This document shows, piece after piece, positions 1 through 15,334 of a stretch of DNA of 64,000 nt. Each line of letters starts with the position of its first letter. Position 1 is the first letter of the stretch. The translations under genes were made by a program, and so were the position numbers. A model generated the notes under the pieces. It did not search any database and was not told where the DNA came from. It was given only the letters and a program-made list of their open reading frames with translations. The stretch covers positions 26,474,001 to 26,538,000 of the forward strand of contig OX597825.1 of NCBI GenBank assembly GCA_951406725.2. The letters are read 5' to 3'. This stretch comes from Octopus vulgaris (taxonomy: Eukaryota).

Positions 1-987
1 CATTTGCGTATGAGTGTATGTATGTATGTCTGTTCATGTTAATTTATGTACCTATCTATTCCTAAGACTATCTGTTTGCATTGATGTCCATTTACCTTCC
101 AGGCAATGGAAGAATACTAAAATTAAGATGTTCCAAAAATGATGTACTTTATCTGGTTTTCTGTTTACTTACATTTCCATAGATTGCTGAGATTTGACTT
201 CCTTCTCAATCTTTGTAGAGACTCTGTGTAGTATTTGATCAGCTTACATAGTCTTCTAAAATTTATTCAACATCTCATAGAATCGGTTGTTGGTATTTTC
301 TAAAGTGCGTCTATTAAAATTTTTTAGTACTAATATACGAACCAATCTCTTCTTTTTGTGTTTCGTTGTAGGATATATGATACTGGTACCTGTATTTGTA
401 TAATGCGTTATGGCTATATCTTTGGAATAATCTAAATCTATTCTGTTTGAGTCTAACTATCTGTAAACCCTTAGCTGTGTGAGCAGAAAACAAATTTCTG
501 TATTGCAGTCTACTGGAGCGCGGACATCCCAATCAAGACAGATTACGATTGAGAAAGAGGCGTGCGCCTTTCCTGCATTCACCTATAAGAGCATCGAAAT
601 GTACTAGCTCGAAATGTGAACAGACCTTATCACCAGCCTTTATTTTTTTTATAGAGGGAGTATATTTAATTCTTTTTTTTAGCGTTCACTTTCTTTGGTA
701 GAATCATATGTATCTTACCATCGTGATCTCGATCCTGATCGTTTGAGAAATTCATTCATCAGGGAAGATTGTTTGGTTAAGTATATTACCTAACTTTTCT
801 GTCAATATGTGATGAACGACATCTTAAGCGAATCTTTCAAGTAGGCATCCAGTCGCATATTCAATGAGAAATTGTAACCAGAAGAAAATTATCCAATATA
901 TTCTATCTGTTATATGGATTTTAGATATTACATTATGAGGATGAATTGGAAATAACACCTGAAAAAGAGTGAATATCCACGTATATA

Positions 988-1123
988 TTATTATTTGCAT
1001 TTCACGGATATTTGTCATCTTTGTTGTTAACACAACGTTTCGGCATATACCCTCCAGCTTTCATCAGCCGAAACGTTGGGTTGACAACAAACAAGATGAT
1101 AAATATCCGTCAAATGTAAATAA
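988..1123. mobile_element. Penelope-like terminal-repeat fragment arranged as an inverted repeat around a degenerate hammerhead motif
   Basis: Arms of about 55 bp (TTATTTGCATTTCACGGATATTTGTCATC...CAACGTTTCGGC / GCCGAAACGTTG...GATGATAAATATCCGTCAAATGTAAATAA). The minus strand of the centre reads CTGATGA-AAGCTG..GCC-GAAA-CGTT. Confidence 0.6.
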
Positions 1124-2170
1124 TATAAATAATGTACATAATTCCTCATCTCTTAAATATAGAACTGTATTATCCACATCTATGTTGCTTTGTTGGCTTG
1201 TTTCGTTTGAAAATGTAGTCAGATATGAATTCATCGAGCTGATGCGGGCTGAAAAGTTGATGATTATATAGTGATAAATATATGCAGGGCAAAATTTCTA
1301 TATGTATCTTCAATACATAAATGTAGGTGAGAAGAAATGCCAGTGCTCATGTATAAGAACGGGAAACGTTTCGGTTAATTCATTAGGGCTAATAGAATGA
1401 GAATAGTTACAGGAGTCAACATAGTCATGTGTGCATGTGAAAGAATTACAAGTGGTTCGTAATTGCTGTCGAAAACTAAAGAGAGATGCAGTGTAAGAAT
1501 AGAAAGGATTAGACACCGTAGATGAACTAGAAGGAATGGCAATAATATATTATAAGACAGATTAATGGCGAATTTATTTTACTGGCGTTCAGATGATAAA
1601 AAACACGAGAGATGCAGATTTTCAGAATTTCTTCCAGATAATGTTTAAACAAAAATAAACGTGTTTTAAATATAGAATAAAAGATACTTATGTAGAAATA
1701 GTAAATCTGATTTGTATCTCCGCATTTGTTGGTTGAGTGTAATATCTGACTCAAAGACTTGGCATTATTGGGAAAGAGAATTTAGGTGGAAACGCATATG
1801 TAGTTTTGCAAATCTATACGCAGATTGACTATATTCTCCTACAATCAAATCACGGTATAAGACATCACCACTTCAAGCACTTCAGCTATCTTTAACGATA
1901 TCTCCGTTATTGCACAATCATTGCAACGCATGATTACCTCCAATTTAATATTTAACAATGATATAGTTAATAATATTTCAACCCTTTAATGACACTTTGG
2001 TATTAGGCATCGATTAGTGCGCTTGAATTCAAATTCGATTTTCTACTTACCATTAAATTGGCTTAAAATTTTTGTTAGATGCAATTTATATTATCTATTA
2101 TACATTTTTTCTACTCTCTGATGCCTGGAGGCTTACAGCTACCAGATAAATCGTTAAATAAATTATATCA

Positions 2171-2220
<50 letters not shown>

Positions 2221-2908
2221 GTGTGTGTGTTTGAGTGTGAGTATGTGTGTGTGTGTATGTATTGTTACGTGTATGTATCTAAATACTTATATACATTTGT
2301 ATGTATGTGTGCATACATATACATGTCTATGTTATAGGTGAATATGGATGATGTCAATGAATTTCGTTTATATACGTGAATATCTGAATAGATTCTTGTA
2401 GTTGAAATTTAGTTATATATAGAAGGAATTTTTATTTTAATCAGGTAAAATAAGAATATCCTCTCTCCCTTTTTATATAATAAACAAAGAAAACTTTAAA
2501 TGCGTGACAGAAAAATATGTTGAGCAGAGTGTAACATCCTGCCTTACGGTTCTCGACAAATATGACCAAATATACTTATAGAAGTACACTCGAAAGGACA
2601 TACATACACCCACATATTGTGATTACTAATATGCAATACATTATTCAGTCCGCCTCTCTCGTTCACTGTTAATTATTGAATTGGAGTTACTCTCTTTCCA
2701 TAAAGGTTCTTTCTAAACATACCTGTTTCATTTTGAAGTATATTTTGTAAACATGTCGTGTCGGATTCAATCACAGGTCGCAGCAGCTAGATCAAGCATT
2801 TTTGCTATTGTCCCAGATCAATCGAATTTTTTCCAGTGAATTTTGTAGTCGAAGGCTGTATTCATACATACATCTATACATACATACATACATACATACA
2901 TACATACA

Positions 2909-2942
<34 letters not shown>

Positions 2943-3099
2943 CATACATACATACATACAAGGATGAGCCTATATGAGCAGAAAACTATGCATGGATATA
3001 TATGTATGTATATATATATACATACATGCATTCACACATATATATACACACACACATGCATGCATACATAGGATACATATTATATGGTTGTGAAAAGGG

Positions 3100-4650
3100 G
3101 GTAAAACTATAAACCAGACTAGTAGCATCTCCATCAAATATTTGACTGTATCCCCTGTATCCGACAAGGAATATTACAGGTATCTAGGTGTGGATGAAAA
3201 TATATCTTTCAATGACTTCTGTAACAAAACCCGAGTCCCTAAAGTGTATAACAGCCGAATTTAGAAAATTTTGATCTCCTAATTCTCTCCACTCAATAAA
3301 ACAGTGGCCGCCAATGTATTTGCTGTGCCAGTACTTATACCAACATCTGGGCTGCTTGATGAGATCTGAGCCATTGATGTGAAAACCCGAAAGGTACTAA
3401 CAAGCATACGTAATTTCCACATATACAGTGACGTAGACCGCCTCTCCCTAAAACGAAAACAAAACGTGAGAGGCATAACGTCGATCCAAAACACCTTTGG
3501 ATGTCGCTTCATCTTCCTTTGAAAACATTTTTTAACCACCAGGCGTCGAAATGCATCCCTTCTCCATGTTTGTATACATGGGGCTGATAACATTATAAGA
3601 CTTCGAAGGCAGTTTATTGAGCAACACTGTTTGACTGATAACCTAGAGTACATGCCCCAAAGAATTCGCACGACTCTACCGCAACGTATCATTACATGAT
3701 AGGATCAGCCTATATGAGCAGAAGGTTATGCATGGATGTGATACTAGAAAGCTCCGTGATGATAGTAACATCGATCATCAAACCAGTTTATCATGGACCA
3801 ATAGCCAGATTACTACCTCCCACTTTGAAGAGTATGCAATCCAAGAACAGGAAATATCAACCAAGTACCAAATGCACAAAAGGGATAGAGATGCGGGGAA
3901 AGACGTAACAATTGTTAACCGATGCAGACTTTGGGGATTTCATAAGCAGTTGTCTAAAGATTTCATCGTGGTATTATCTACCGCTGAGTCATGACGATGT
4001 AGCTAGGACACTCTGTAATGAAATCTGTCGGAAGGATCATCCCGAGAACAAAGAAATAAAAACCCACAATATGGTAGAAGACTCAGCCACTCATAATGAA
4101 AAGGAATACTGGTGGAATGTACTAGTGAAAACCTCAATAAAATGTAAGTACAACTGACCTGATTTGTGGTAGAGAAGAGAAACTGTGCACGGTTGTGAAA
4201 ATTAACTGCCCAGCAGACGTTAACATGAAGCTGAAGATCAGTGAAAAAGAGAACACCTACGCTGACCGATTGAGAAATCAGAAGTTACTCTATCTAGATT
4301 ACAAGTTCTTGTTTATACCTATAATTATAGGGGCCCTGGGATATATAACACACTGCCTAAATATCAATCTTGAGAAATTCCGCTTCTGAAAACCAGAAAG
4401 GAGAAAGCTAATTCGAAGACTAGAGATCCAATACATCACTGCAACTGTAAAAATCTGTAACACTTTCAAGAAATTTATCATTTAAATATATATGAGCATG
4501 TCTAGATATGTAGCTATATACATGAGAATACATACATAAGACATACATACATACATACAAACAAAAATATCCTGATGTTGATGTTGAATCTTGAATCTAG
4601 GTTAGAAACCGGTTCTTTCTCTATTGGCAAGAAATCTTGAAATAAACTGT
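3100..4650 (+). mobile_element. Degenerate R4/Dong-type (RT + restriction-like endonuclease) non-LTR retrotransposon, 3' portion
   Basis: Broken reading frames give YRYLGVDENI (RT thumb region) and KCKYN*PDL...VVKINCPADVN...EKENTY...FIPIIIGALG (PD-(D/E)xK REL domain). The 3' UTR ends near AAATAAACT. A paralogous 3' end lies at 36685-37165. Confidence 0.8.
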
Positions 4651-4877
4651 ATAACGACATAGATATATACGTACATACGTGCGTTCGTGCATGCATGCGT
4701 TTGTATGTGTGTGTTTGTATCATTGTGTTAGTACTTGTTTATCCACCGCTTGACAGCTGGTGTTGATTTGTTTACTGGTGCTGGTTTGCTTATTTTTCAA
4801 CTGATGACAATTTAAAAAAAAAAATAAAATTTCCCGTGTTTTGTCTTTTACTACAGAAACTGAAAAACTAAGACACA

Positions 4878-5823
<946 letters not shown>

Positions 5824-5909
5824 TCATTTCAGGAACTGAAACATGTTATAATGTATATATAAAAATTAAAAATTGTATAATACAGCAGCATTTTCGAACT
5901 TCATTTTTT

Positions 5910-5958
<49 letters not shown>

Positions 5959-6564
5959 ATAGCATAAGAGGATGTTGGAAATTTTATTGGTATATTTTAT
6001 TTATCTATTCACATATACACTGTGTGTGTATATGTTTATAAGTTTCTCTCTTTCTGTTACCCTCTCCATAATAAATTAGTTGCTCTTTCGCAACTTTTTC
6101 CTTCATTCTAACAACCAATACTACTCGTAATTACTAACGAAATATTTACGCTTCGACCAAATACAAAATTCATGTCATTCAGTCCTCCGTCTGGAGAATT
6201 TCGCAAAGGAAATTCCGTACTTGTATGTCTAACATTTAAACCGCTGTCATTCCTATTAAGAAATGAATCAGGTGTAATGTTGAACAAATAATACCAATAC
6301 ATTTTCCTGTTTTGCTATATATAAACGCTGCAAAAAATATTTCCAAAATGTTCATCTTTAATATATGTCTTGCAGCTAAACACCAATAACATCAACTGTT
6401 TACTGGATTGTAATCATGATAGATGTGCTTCAAGGGAAACAGCTGGGAATTTACCCTACCAACTCATGTTATATACTTTTATAACTCTCTCCCTCTTTCC
6501 CTTTCTATCTATATACAGATATACATACACGCACACATACATACTCACACACACATATACATAT

Positions 6565-6612
<48 letters not shown>

Positions 6613-6716
6613 ATGTGTGTGTATCTGTATGTATGTGTATGTATGTATATATACGCGTTTGTATGCATGTACATGTTCCACGAGAGGGGAAGTAAACTAG
6701 GAAGAGAGAGACAGGC

Positions 6717-6741
6717 AGACAGATAGATAGACAGATATATA

Positions 6742-6826
<85 letters not shown>

Positions 6827-6848
6827 CAGACAGATAGATGATAGATAG
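6717..6848. repeat. (AGAT)n microsatellite
   Basis: Direct reading of the sequence. Confidence 0.95.
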
Positions 6849-9388
6849 GTTGATATAGAGATGTGCCGACGCTTATATCTAAGTATGAATGTGTGTCTTT
6901 TTTTGTGTGTCTGTAAAATGCATTTGTGAGATTAAAAGTGGAGATGAAACATCTTGTACAAGAAACAGATTGCTCTTCAGTTTCTGATGTTGTATTCTCT
7001 GATAATATAACTTTGTTTCAAATACATAATTCTATTTCTTTGAACTTTTTTTTTAATCCTCAATTTATCATATTTTAAAATATTTATACAGACAGACGCA
7101 GATGAGAGCCACCAGATATTATTTGATTGAACACTTCTGCGCTTAGAATGTATAGACATAATAATATATTTTTCCTACAGAAAGGAATTTTATACAATGA
7201 TAGTAGTTATTTGTATGTTTATACACGATGTCAGTTGATTGGTAAATAAAGGAGAAATGTAAGTTATTGACGATCCACTTTAAAGTGCATTTATAACAAT
7301 CTGTATAAGAGTACCAAAAAATATTGTATAGATCATTTTAACGTAGTAATAGACTCATATATACACGTATTTCATCATTCCGAAATCAATACAATAACTA
7401 CTAATTATGTCTTAGTATTGATCACTTTCACTAAACTATTTACATCGACTCGAGGCACTGTGCCAACAATATAAATGCGTGTTGTTATATTAATGTAGTG
7501 ATCTGTAAAATGTCAGACGTCCGTTCAGCCTTAAGTTCAAGTACAGCTTGGAACAACCCTGTTGTCCCTATAATCTGACTGATACAATATGTTCCATTTA
7601 CATATCTTATTCAGTTTTTCCCTCTATTCAATCCTGCACCTCTATGTAGTGTAGTTGCCCCACACCGTGAAAATCTTCATATAAGCCTTTTGTATTGCAA
7701 TGAAGCTTTGTTTTAATTTGTTAGTGTTACATAACATAGATATCAATGGGAAAGTACATTATGTGTTACAAGACTTTTCTTTTTTGAAACAATTTTTGGA
7801 GACATAATATATTCATAATAATCGGCACGGATATCTAGGGTACCATGAATTGGAATAAAAAGTCGTAGTACAAGTACTGTGAATATAAAGTCAATGACAT
7901 TCAGTATTTAGCAGTTCAGTATAGTTTCAGACAAAATATATTTAGGAATTAACTATTCGTATTAAATTTCCAGTTATACTGCAGTACTCTGCATATGCGT
8001 TGCTAAATGACAAGTTTTTTTTTTTTATAGATTTAGAATTAGATTGTCTACTTTTCTTCAATTTTAGGGCAGTTTATGCTATTTGTGATTTTATCCATTG
8101 CAAGAAGATTGCTTCCTTGAGAAGTGTAAAAAATTTGTTATATACTGAGATTGTCGTTTATTCTCATCTCACATCTACTCAAGCAAAATTACGAAGAAGA
8201 TATTCTTCTCGGCGTTCTTTTCTCTTTTTAGGTATGTCAAATGTTTCATTGCCCAGTGCTTTGTCATCGCCTTTCAGATTATTATGTTTTGAGAGAAATT
8301 TCTTGGCTTTTTTCTAGCAGGTGGAGCTAGCACAAAATCATCACTCACGAATATTTTCACTGTCTCTATTCATAAACAAATTTCGTTTGTCTCATTCGTG
8401 TTTGGAAGGAGTTAACAAATATTGAAAACTTGTAATTTAGGTGTGCTGGTATTCGACGAGTAGTAAATACATCTTTATTGCAGAGAATGAAATCTATAGG
8501 GTGCAGAATTTTCTTTGAATTTGAATAACAAACCTCTGTTTCTCTCACGCCTCTAAGACTTGGTTGGTAAAGAAATCGTGTATATAAAAACCAACCCATT
8601 GACTACTACTATTGAAATGATTTCATTATGATAACAATGTATTTTATACAAAAACCATAGTATTCTGACTTGCTACAGATTGTGGGAAGTCTGCAAAGAA
8701 AAATTTTGATCTCAATAAACCTAGAAATATGATGAATATGATTTCAAATATTTATTATCGGACAATAATGTGCACTGCATAATTATAAAGCATTCAGACA
8801 CATATACATACATGCACCCATCAGAATTATAAATATATGTAATCTAGAGTGGATGAGAGAGCCACTGCATGAGCGGCGTTGGTCTTAATAAGTAAAGAAC
8901 CTTTTTGTAAATTCCACACAACAGTTTAGTGCTATCCGTGGTACACATGTCGTTTACAAAACCCTGGGAATGCCTTAGTTGCAATACCACCGCACACATT
9001 TTCGTCATATGGTCCAAGAACCTAGTTTAGCCGCCTCTATCCATTGGTGACGTGAGATTAAAGTGTACCAGTGGTAAGTTTTATACCATTTTCGCTTTAA
9101 TATACATTAAGCTGTTTCGGCGTTGATATTTTATTTGTAGTGTAACAGATACAAATGAAATGCTGGTCGTTGTATCATCAAAGCCAAAACATAAAATAGG
9201 TTTCCGTGCATTTATTTTTATTTGAGTGTTAGCTGTTTAATTTCTGTATTTGTAATGCAACGTTGCACCGGTTCGTTTCTTCTCTACATCTAAACGTTCA
9301 CCTACTTTCAGATGTAGGAAAAGCTTCTATGGCAAAATCCTATAGCACCGTGTAATTATCATACATCAGGAAAATTTTGTAGGGTTAA

Positions 9389-9411
9389 ATTATTATTTTT
9401 ATTATTATTAC

Positions 9412-9493
<82 letters not shown>

Positions 9494-9497
9494 GTTA

Positions 9498-9537
<40 letters not shown>

Positions 9538-9740
9538 TGCTGTTGTTGTTTTCTTCTTCTCCATCATCATCTCCTTCATCTTCATCATCATCATCATCAT
9601 CATCTTCTTTTTTTTCTTTATCTTCTTGTTCTTGTTTTTCTTCGTCTTCTTCGCCTTCTTCTTCTTCGTCCCCTTCTTTTTCTTTTCTTCTTCTTCTTCT
9701 TCTTCGTCTTCTCCTCCTCCTCCTCCTACTACTACTGCTG

Positions 9741-9795
<55 letters not shown>
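9389..9795. repeat. Compound trinucleotide microsatellite (ATT/CAT/CTT/ACT)
   Basis: Direct reading; explains the homopolymeric ORFs here. Confidence 0.95.
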
Positions 9796-12700
9796 AGCCG
9801 GGTTTCATATCGCTTTTAAAGGGTGGTTGCTGAATATTTACCTACAGGGATTCCTTTTCTGCACATTGTTCACTTTTGCCAATAGCAAAACCAGTCAAAA
9901 CTATAGTGAACAAACGTGTCGAATATAGTTTCATATATCGTCACACTTAACAGAAATTATGACGGTTAAAATATAACTGAGGTGATACAAACAAAAGAAA
10001 TATGATACCATACAGGATCATGTTATAGTGAAAAACACACTTTCAAAGATAAACGCTGTTTTATAGAAAATAAAATAATGAATATAATTTCAACAAATGT
10101 TTTGTTGCAGGAACGATGGTAACTTCAACGACCAAAGAAAGCGAATGATCCTTAAAAAAATAATATAATAAATAAGCGTATAATAAGCGTATAATAAATC
10201 GAGCTCACAAGAGACAGATAGAGAGGCTGGAAGCTGTTTGCACATTGATATCCCAAATTGCTATAGCTTTTGTGTTATTATATAACGACCTTGGTTTGGG
10301 ATATTGGTAATATAGTATCGTATGATATTTGTATAAATTTGAACGTGGGATAGTGTGTCATAAACTTGTGTGAAGTACTGCAATGGAAATAGAAACAGAC
10401 CATGTTTTATATAGTAAACATAAAATGTGTAGCTTAACATCGATAAATGTACTAATATGCAAAATTCTATCAAGTATTTTTATTACTTTATACGGGATCA
10501 TTCTTATTTATGATCAAAATGGGACTGCTATTGCAAGTGACACGATCGTCATTTGCACACGTCACGAAAAATGGAATTTACAAAAGTATTTTTCAAAATA
10601 ATATCCTTACTTGGGTTATAAATGCGGTGGAAAAGGTTTTCATAATAAAAAATAATAAAGCGATCAGTCGGGTAAATACTTTAAAACATGAAATCGCTCT
10701 TTCCTTTAGGACTTTATATTATAGTCAAGTGGAATGTCACCGTAAAAACGCTGAATATTGCCATAATTTTAACGTTTAGGGAGGAGGGAATGATGATGTT
10801 AAGGGTCACCGAAATACAGAAAAGTTGGATTTGATCTCTGAAATCAATACTTCAAGTACTTGAAGACTTGTCAAGTCAAAATCCTCGATGGGCATTTACG
10901 TATATTTACAGTCGCATATGAAAGGCAGATTTGGCCTCGGGAAAGTTTGAATTCCTGAATTAACGATACAAGGAATTTTTTTCTGTAACCATCTATAGAC
11001 ACAATTATCGCTGAAGCCATCAGGTGGAAAAAGTGTTATATGATGTGCGAGAAGCGATACTCGCTATAAAACACGACAATGCCTGCTAGACACAAATTGA
11101 TGTTGGAGTCACAAAGCCACTTGCAGATTTGGACACTGATATTTTATGGAAAGATATACCAGCGAAATGTTCTTAACATATTTCGCAGCTGCAACAACTG
11201 AACATTTCAGAGGTAATAAGAGAAAACCTGGCCTGTGGGTCACTGCAGGTATAAATTGAAATAGTAATGTAAACAAAAACCGCAAGTGTGAGACATACTG
11301 TCAACATACAAGAATTTGAATCCTCTACACATAGACAAACATGCTAGATTATTGATATTGAATCAGTGTTAAAGAAATATTGCCTCGAAATTTAGAAAAT
11401 AATTTTATCAGGTTGAATAGAGATCACAGAAAAAAATAAACAAGATAAAATGTTGCATTGTGTAATATGGAACGGTAAATTTTGCCGGCTTCGAGAAGGT
11501 GCAAGAAAACTGAAATATGTTATCTCATGAGGGTTTATTTTCATTTCAGGTTGCAATAACAACTGGAAGAAACATCGTTTAATAATTCTATAGCTTGTCA
11601 GAAGGATACAACTTTTTTGCCTCTGTTGTATTTCGAAGAATAAGTACTCGACCAAAATTTTGTTTTAAATACTTACACATAACTAAAACCAGACAGAAAT
11701 ATTTGAGGCAGTACAATTATAGATAACGGTAGAACATATTGTTAACCATATCGTTACATAAAGGTTTCATAATGTCTATTAGAAAACAAGTGTGTTTAGG
11801 ATGGACATGGAATTCTTTATGAGCTCCGAAAACGATAGGGCTCTGTCGAGTTTCGGCAACTAACAGAAAACCACAAACATAATAGAGCAGGGCAAGATTC
11901 CTAGCTTCTATAAGTTCTCTTGAGAGCAATATAAGAAAATTTTGTTCCCAAGATATGGGAAATTTGAAAAATAGAAGAGAGGGGTGAGGTGAAAGCAGGC
12001 GAAACATGATGTGCTGAACCCATTTTCCATATGGTTATCAGTAATACTGCTTTACAAAGCAGGGTGGACCCCCTCGTATCCGGTAGTGGAAACACACCAA
12101 AGATACTCCTGTTCAGGTCTCTAGCATGTAGTAGTATCAAGTGATTATAATGAGGGAGCAGGGAAGTTTTACAGTTTTGGGCACACAAAAGAGCTAAAGA
12201 GAAAAACGTCCTGGAGAGGGAGATGATTCTCAACAAGGTATAAACACAGGTGAGGAAGTACTCCCTCATCGAAATAACAAGGATGCATTTTATCAGAACT
12301 ACGTCCCAGCCGTCGTCAAAATAATAATGAAGAGGGTTTAATGGGGAGTTAACAGCGTACAGTTATCAAATCGACATATATCGATTCTACTGTCAAACGA
12401 GAACGTATGAATATTCTTTCATAAAGAATTTCTTGCCTCTGCAATGTTACACGCAGAACGGAAATTACCCTTTCGGTTTAGATTTTAACTGCGTAGATGC
12501 AGGGAAATTCAGAATTGATAGATACCGAACCTATCAAATAGCAGCAGAGAACGACGAAGGCGGGATTCATTTAAGTGTTACGACGAGAGTTTATAAGACA
12601 AATGTGTTGAATGCATAAGATCAGAAACTTTTCCAAGAAACGTTTGTTGAAAATTGGAAAATTAGAAAGGAAATTTATGAAACAAAACAAAAGATAATAC

Positions 12701-13268
12701 AAATATACTGAGAGCAATTAAACAGGTTTTGCCACAGGCACAGATGATATTAACACATCGGCAGATATTCAGAAAAGCACTAAGGAATACATTTGTTATA
12801 TAAACACAGACAACGGAAAAATTAAATAACAGATAAGTAATAGATACGAAAAAAATAAATAAAAGAAATATTTCTAATGCTGCAAATCTGAGACAAGTTT
12901 GGAATATGAAGATAATTTGTGAAGAAAATTATGAGAAATTATCTCACTAAAGCATTTATTATTTTGTCTATTACTATTATTGAAGTACAAGCAAGAAAAT
13001 AGTTACTAGAAAAATAGAGATACTTACAGTTTAATCTATAAGTTATACTACCTCTGTCCAGTCAGCCACCATGAGTGACCGCTAGCTCCAAAAGGTTTTT
13101 GTTAATTCTCTCGCTGTTTATTTCATCGTGTTCTTTTCTGTTGAAGAGGGTAGGCTCGAAACGCAAATGGTTTTCTCACCTTCCCCGGAGTTAAACTAAA
13201 ACACCTGTTTGTTGCTTATACAACTGCGTTCTTCTTTAATTTTTCTGTAACTTTTAACAATATATATA

Positions 13269-13398
13269 CAGGGTGTCCCAAAAAAATGTATACACATAGG
13301 GGTTCGGCAAAAGAGAACGATAGAATCAGTACTAGGCTTACAAAGAATAACAAATTTACAATTATTTAAGGTGTGTATACATTTTTTGGGACACCCTG
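13269..13398. mobile_element. Tc1/mariner-type MITE (130 bp) with an internal SINE fragment
   Basis: TIRs CAGGGTGTCCCAAAAAA(A)TGTATACACA / TGTGTATACATTTTTTGGGACACCCTG flanked by TA on both sides. The interior GGTTCGGCAAAAGAGAACGATAGAATCAGTACTAGGCTTACAAAGAATAA matches the SINE family A body. Confidence 0.85.
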
Positions 13399-13416
13399 TA
13401 TATATATATAATCCTT

Positions 13417-13466
<50 letters not shown>

Positions 13467-14375
13467 CTAAATACATTCTTAAACGGCTCAACCGAATCTA
13501 ATCAAATTTTGCATGGTAATGCTACCAGACCCCGTGAGTGTCAACATGTAATTTTGGGGGGATAAAAACAATGTCACATTGGCACTGGTTCAAAAGTCAA
13601 CAAGTAAAAGAGAAAGGATAAGATGTATATTGTAATGTCATATATTGTTTCACTTTTATACCTTTACTTTTAATTCTAACCACGGCCATGACGACGACGT
13701 CACATTTTGTACATGACTGTGTATCTGCCTGTGAATGGATCAGTGTGAGTGTAATTAGTATGTATATGTTTCACAGTATGTGTGTCCTTCCGCGATACGT
13801 ACGTCATTAAGCACGCTATATGTATGTGAGGGCTGGTTAAGGATTTTTTTCATTTCGATTATTTTCGTTTCGTTACGATTAAAACAATATAACATTTCAT
13901 AAAGGTAATCTTTCTATCAAATTTTATATATGACTATGTATCAATCTGTAACTGATAATGTGTAAGTGTATGGGTGTATATATGACACATAGTGTGTGTG
14001 TGCCTTTCCGCGTTAGGTACGTTACTAAACTCACACATATTAACACATACATATACATACGTAATGGTACGTTATTAAACACACACGCATATAAACACAT
14101 GCACACACACATACGTATATATACATATGTATATATACATATACATATGTGACGACAACTGAAGGTGTATAAGTGCATGAGTGTTTATATGTATCATAAT
14201 GTGTGTAACTTTCAGCATTACGTAGGTTATTAAACATACAGTCATCTACATATATAGGCATATGTAATGGTACGTTATTAAACACACACACACATCAACA
14301 CATACATATGCATATGTGACGACGGACGAATAATAATAATAATAATAATAGTAATAATAATAATAACAATCAGCC

Positions 14376-14543
<168 letters not shown>

Positions 14544-15334
14544 GTATGCTAATATGATTACTATTTCAATCAAAATCACCAATGTCACCTACCAGAAGGT
14601 TAAAAAAATCCGGATTCCATGAATTTCTTGGAAGAAATCGGAACTTTTATCTTTGTAATTTGTTGAGACATTTTTGAGGAAAACATGTGAGGCTAAAATA
14701 TTTGTCTCCTTTAATTACAAGAATATGAGTTGGTTTCTTTCGTCATCTTTAGTGAATGGCCATTTTTTGTTATTTTTATTTATTTATTCTTTGCTCTCTT
14801 ATAAGACATGTCAACCATGTAGACATTTGAAGCGGGAAGTGAAATGGGAGGAAAGTATGACAATTATGCTAGACGTAATCTAACGCTGTCGGAGTCCTTG
14901 AGTGTCTTGCTTAAGAAATCAATATTGTAAAACTCTTGGAATAAGTTTTCTGATAAACATAAAGTAAAGTATATATATGTGCTAAATCTTAAAACAGCAA
15001 CGACGCAAAGGAGTAACATAGATGTGAGATGAAAAGAAATCTTTCGCTATAAACAACAAGATAAGAAGGACTACAACGAAGATGACGATGACATCGGGGA
15101 CGATAAAACCACAACCATTGGTAATAATTGAAACGGTCCCTACGGCCGTGGTGGCCACAACATAAACAAGATAAGCAACGCCGTAGGATTTCGAACATAT
15201 ATAACATATATAACATGGTAATTTGTTTTTTAAATTGTACATTCAGTGAAGTCTAAGAAAACAAGAACACCAGCAGCAATAACAGCTACACAGAACTTAA
15301 TAGAACATTATCAGAAAAGTACACAAATAATATT

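Noticed and set aside
100-960. Possible very old LINE/Penelope RT remnant on the minus strand
   Set aside because: Only vague motif resemblance (GCPRSSRL); no ordered series of motifs could be confirmed.
11000-12700. Complex, GC-richer region with ORFs of 87-122 aa; faint gypsy-like words (VVETHQR, KRPG)
   Set aside because: The motifs are too degenerate to support a call, and there is no splice structure.
13440-13570. Helitron-like 5' fragment (AACCGAATCTAATCAAATTT motif)
   Set aside because: No 3' hairpin or CTAG end was found.
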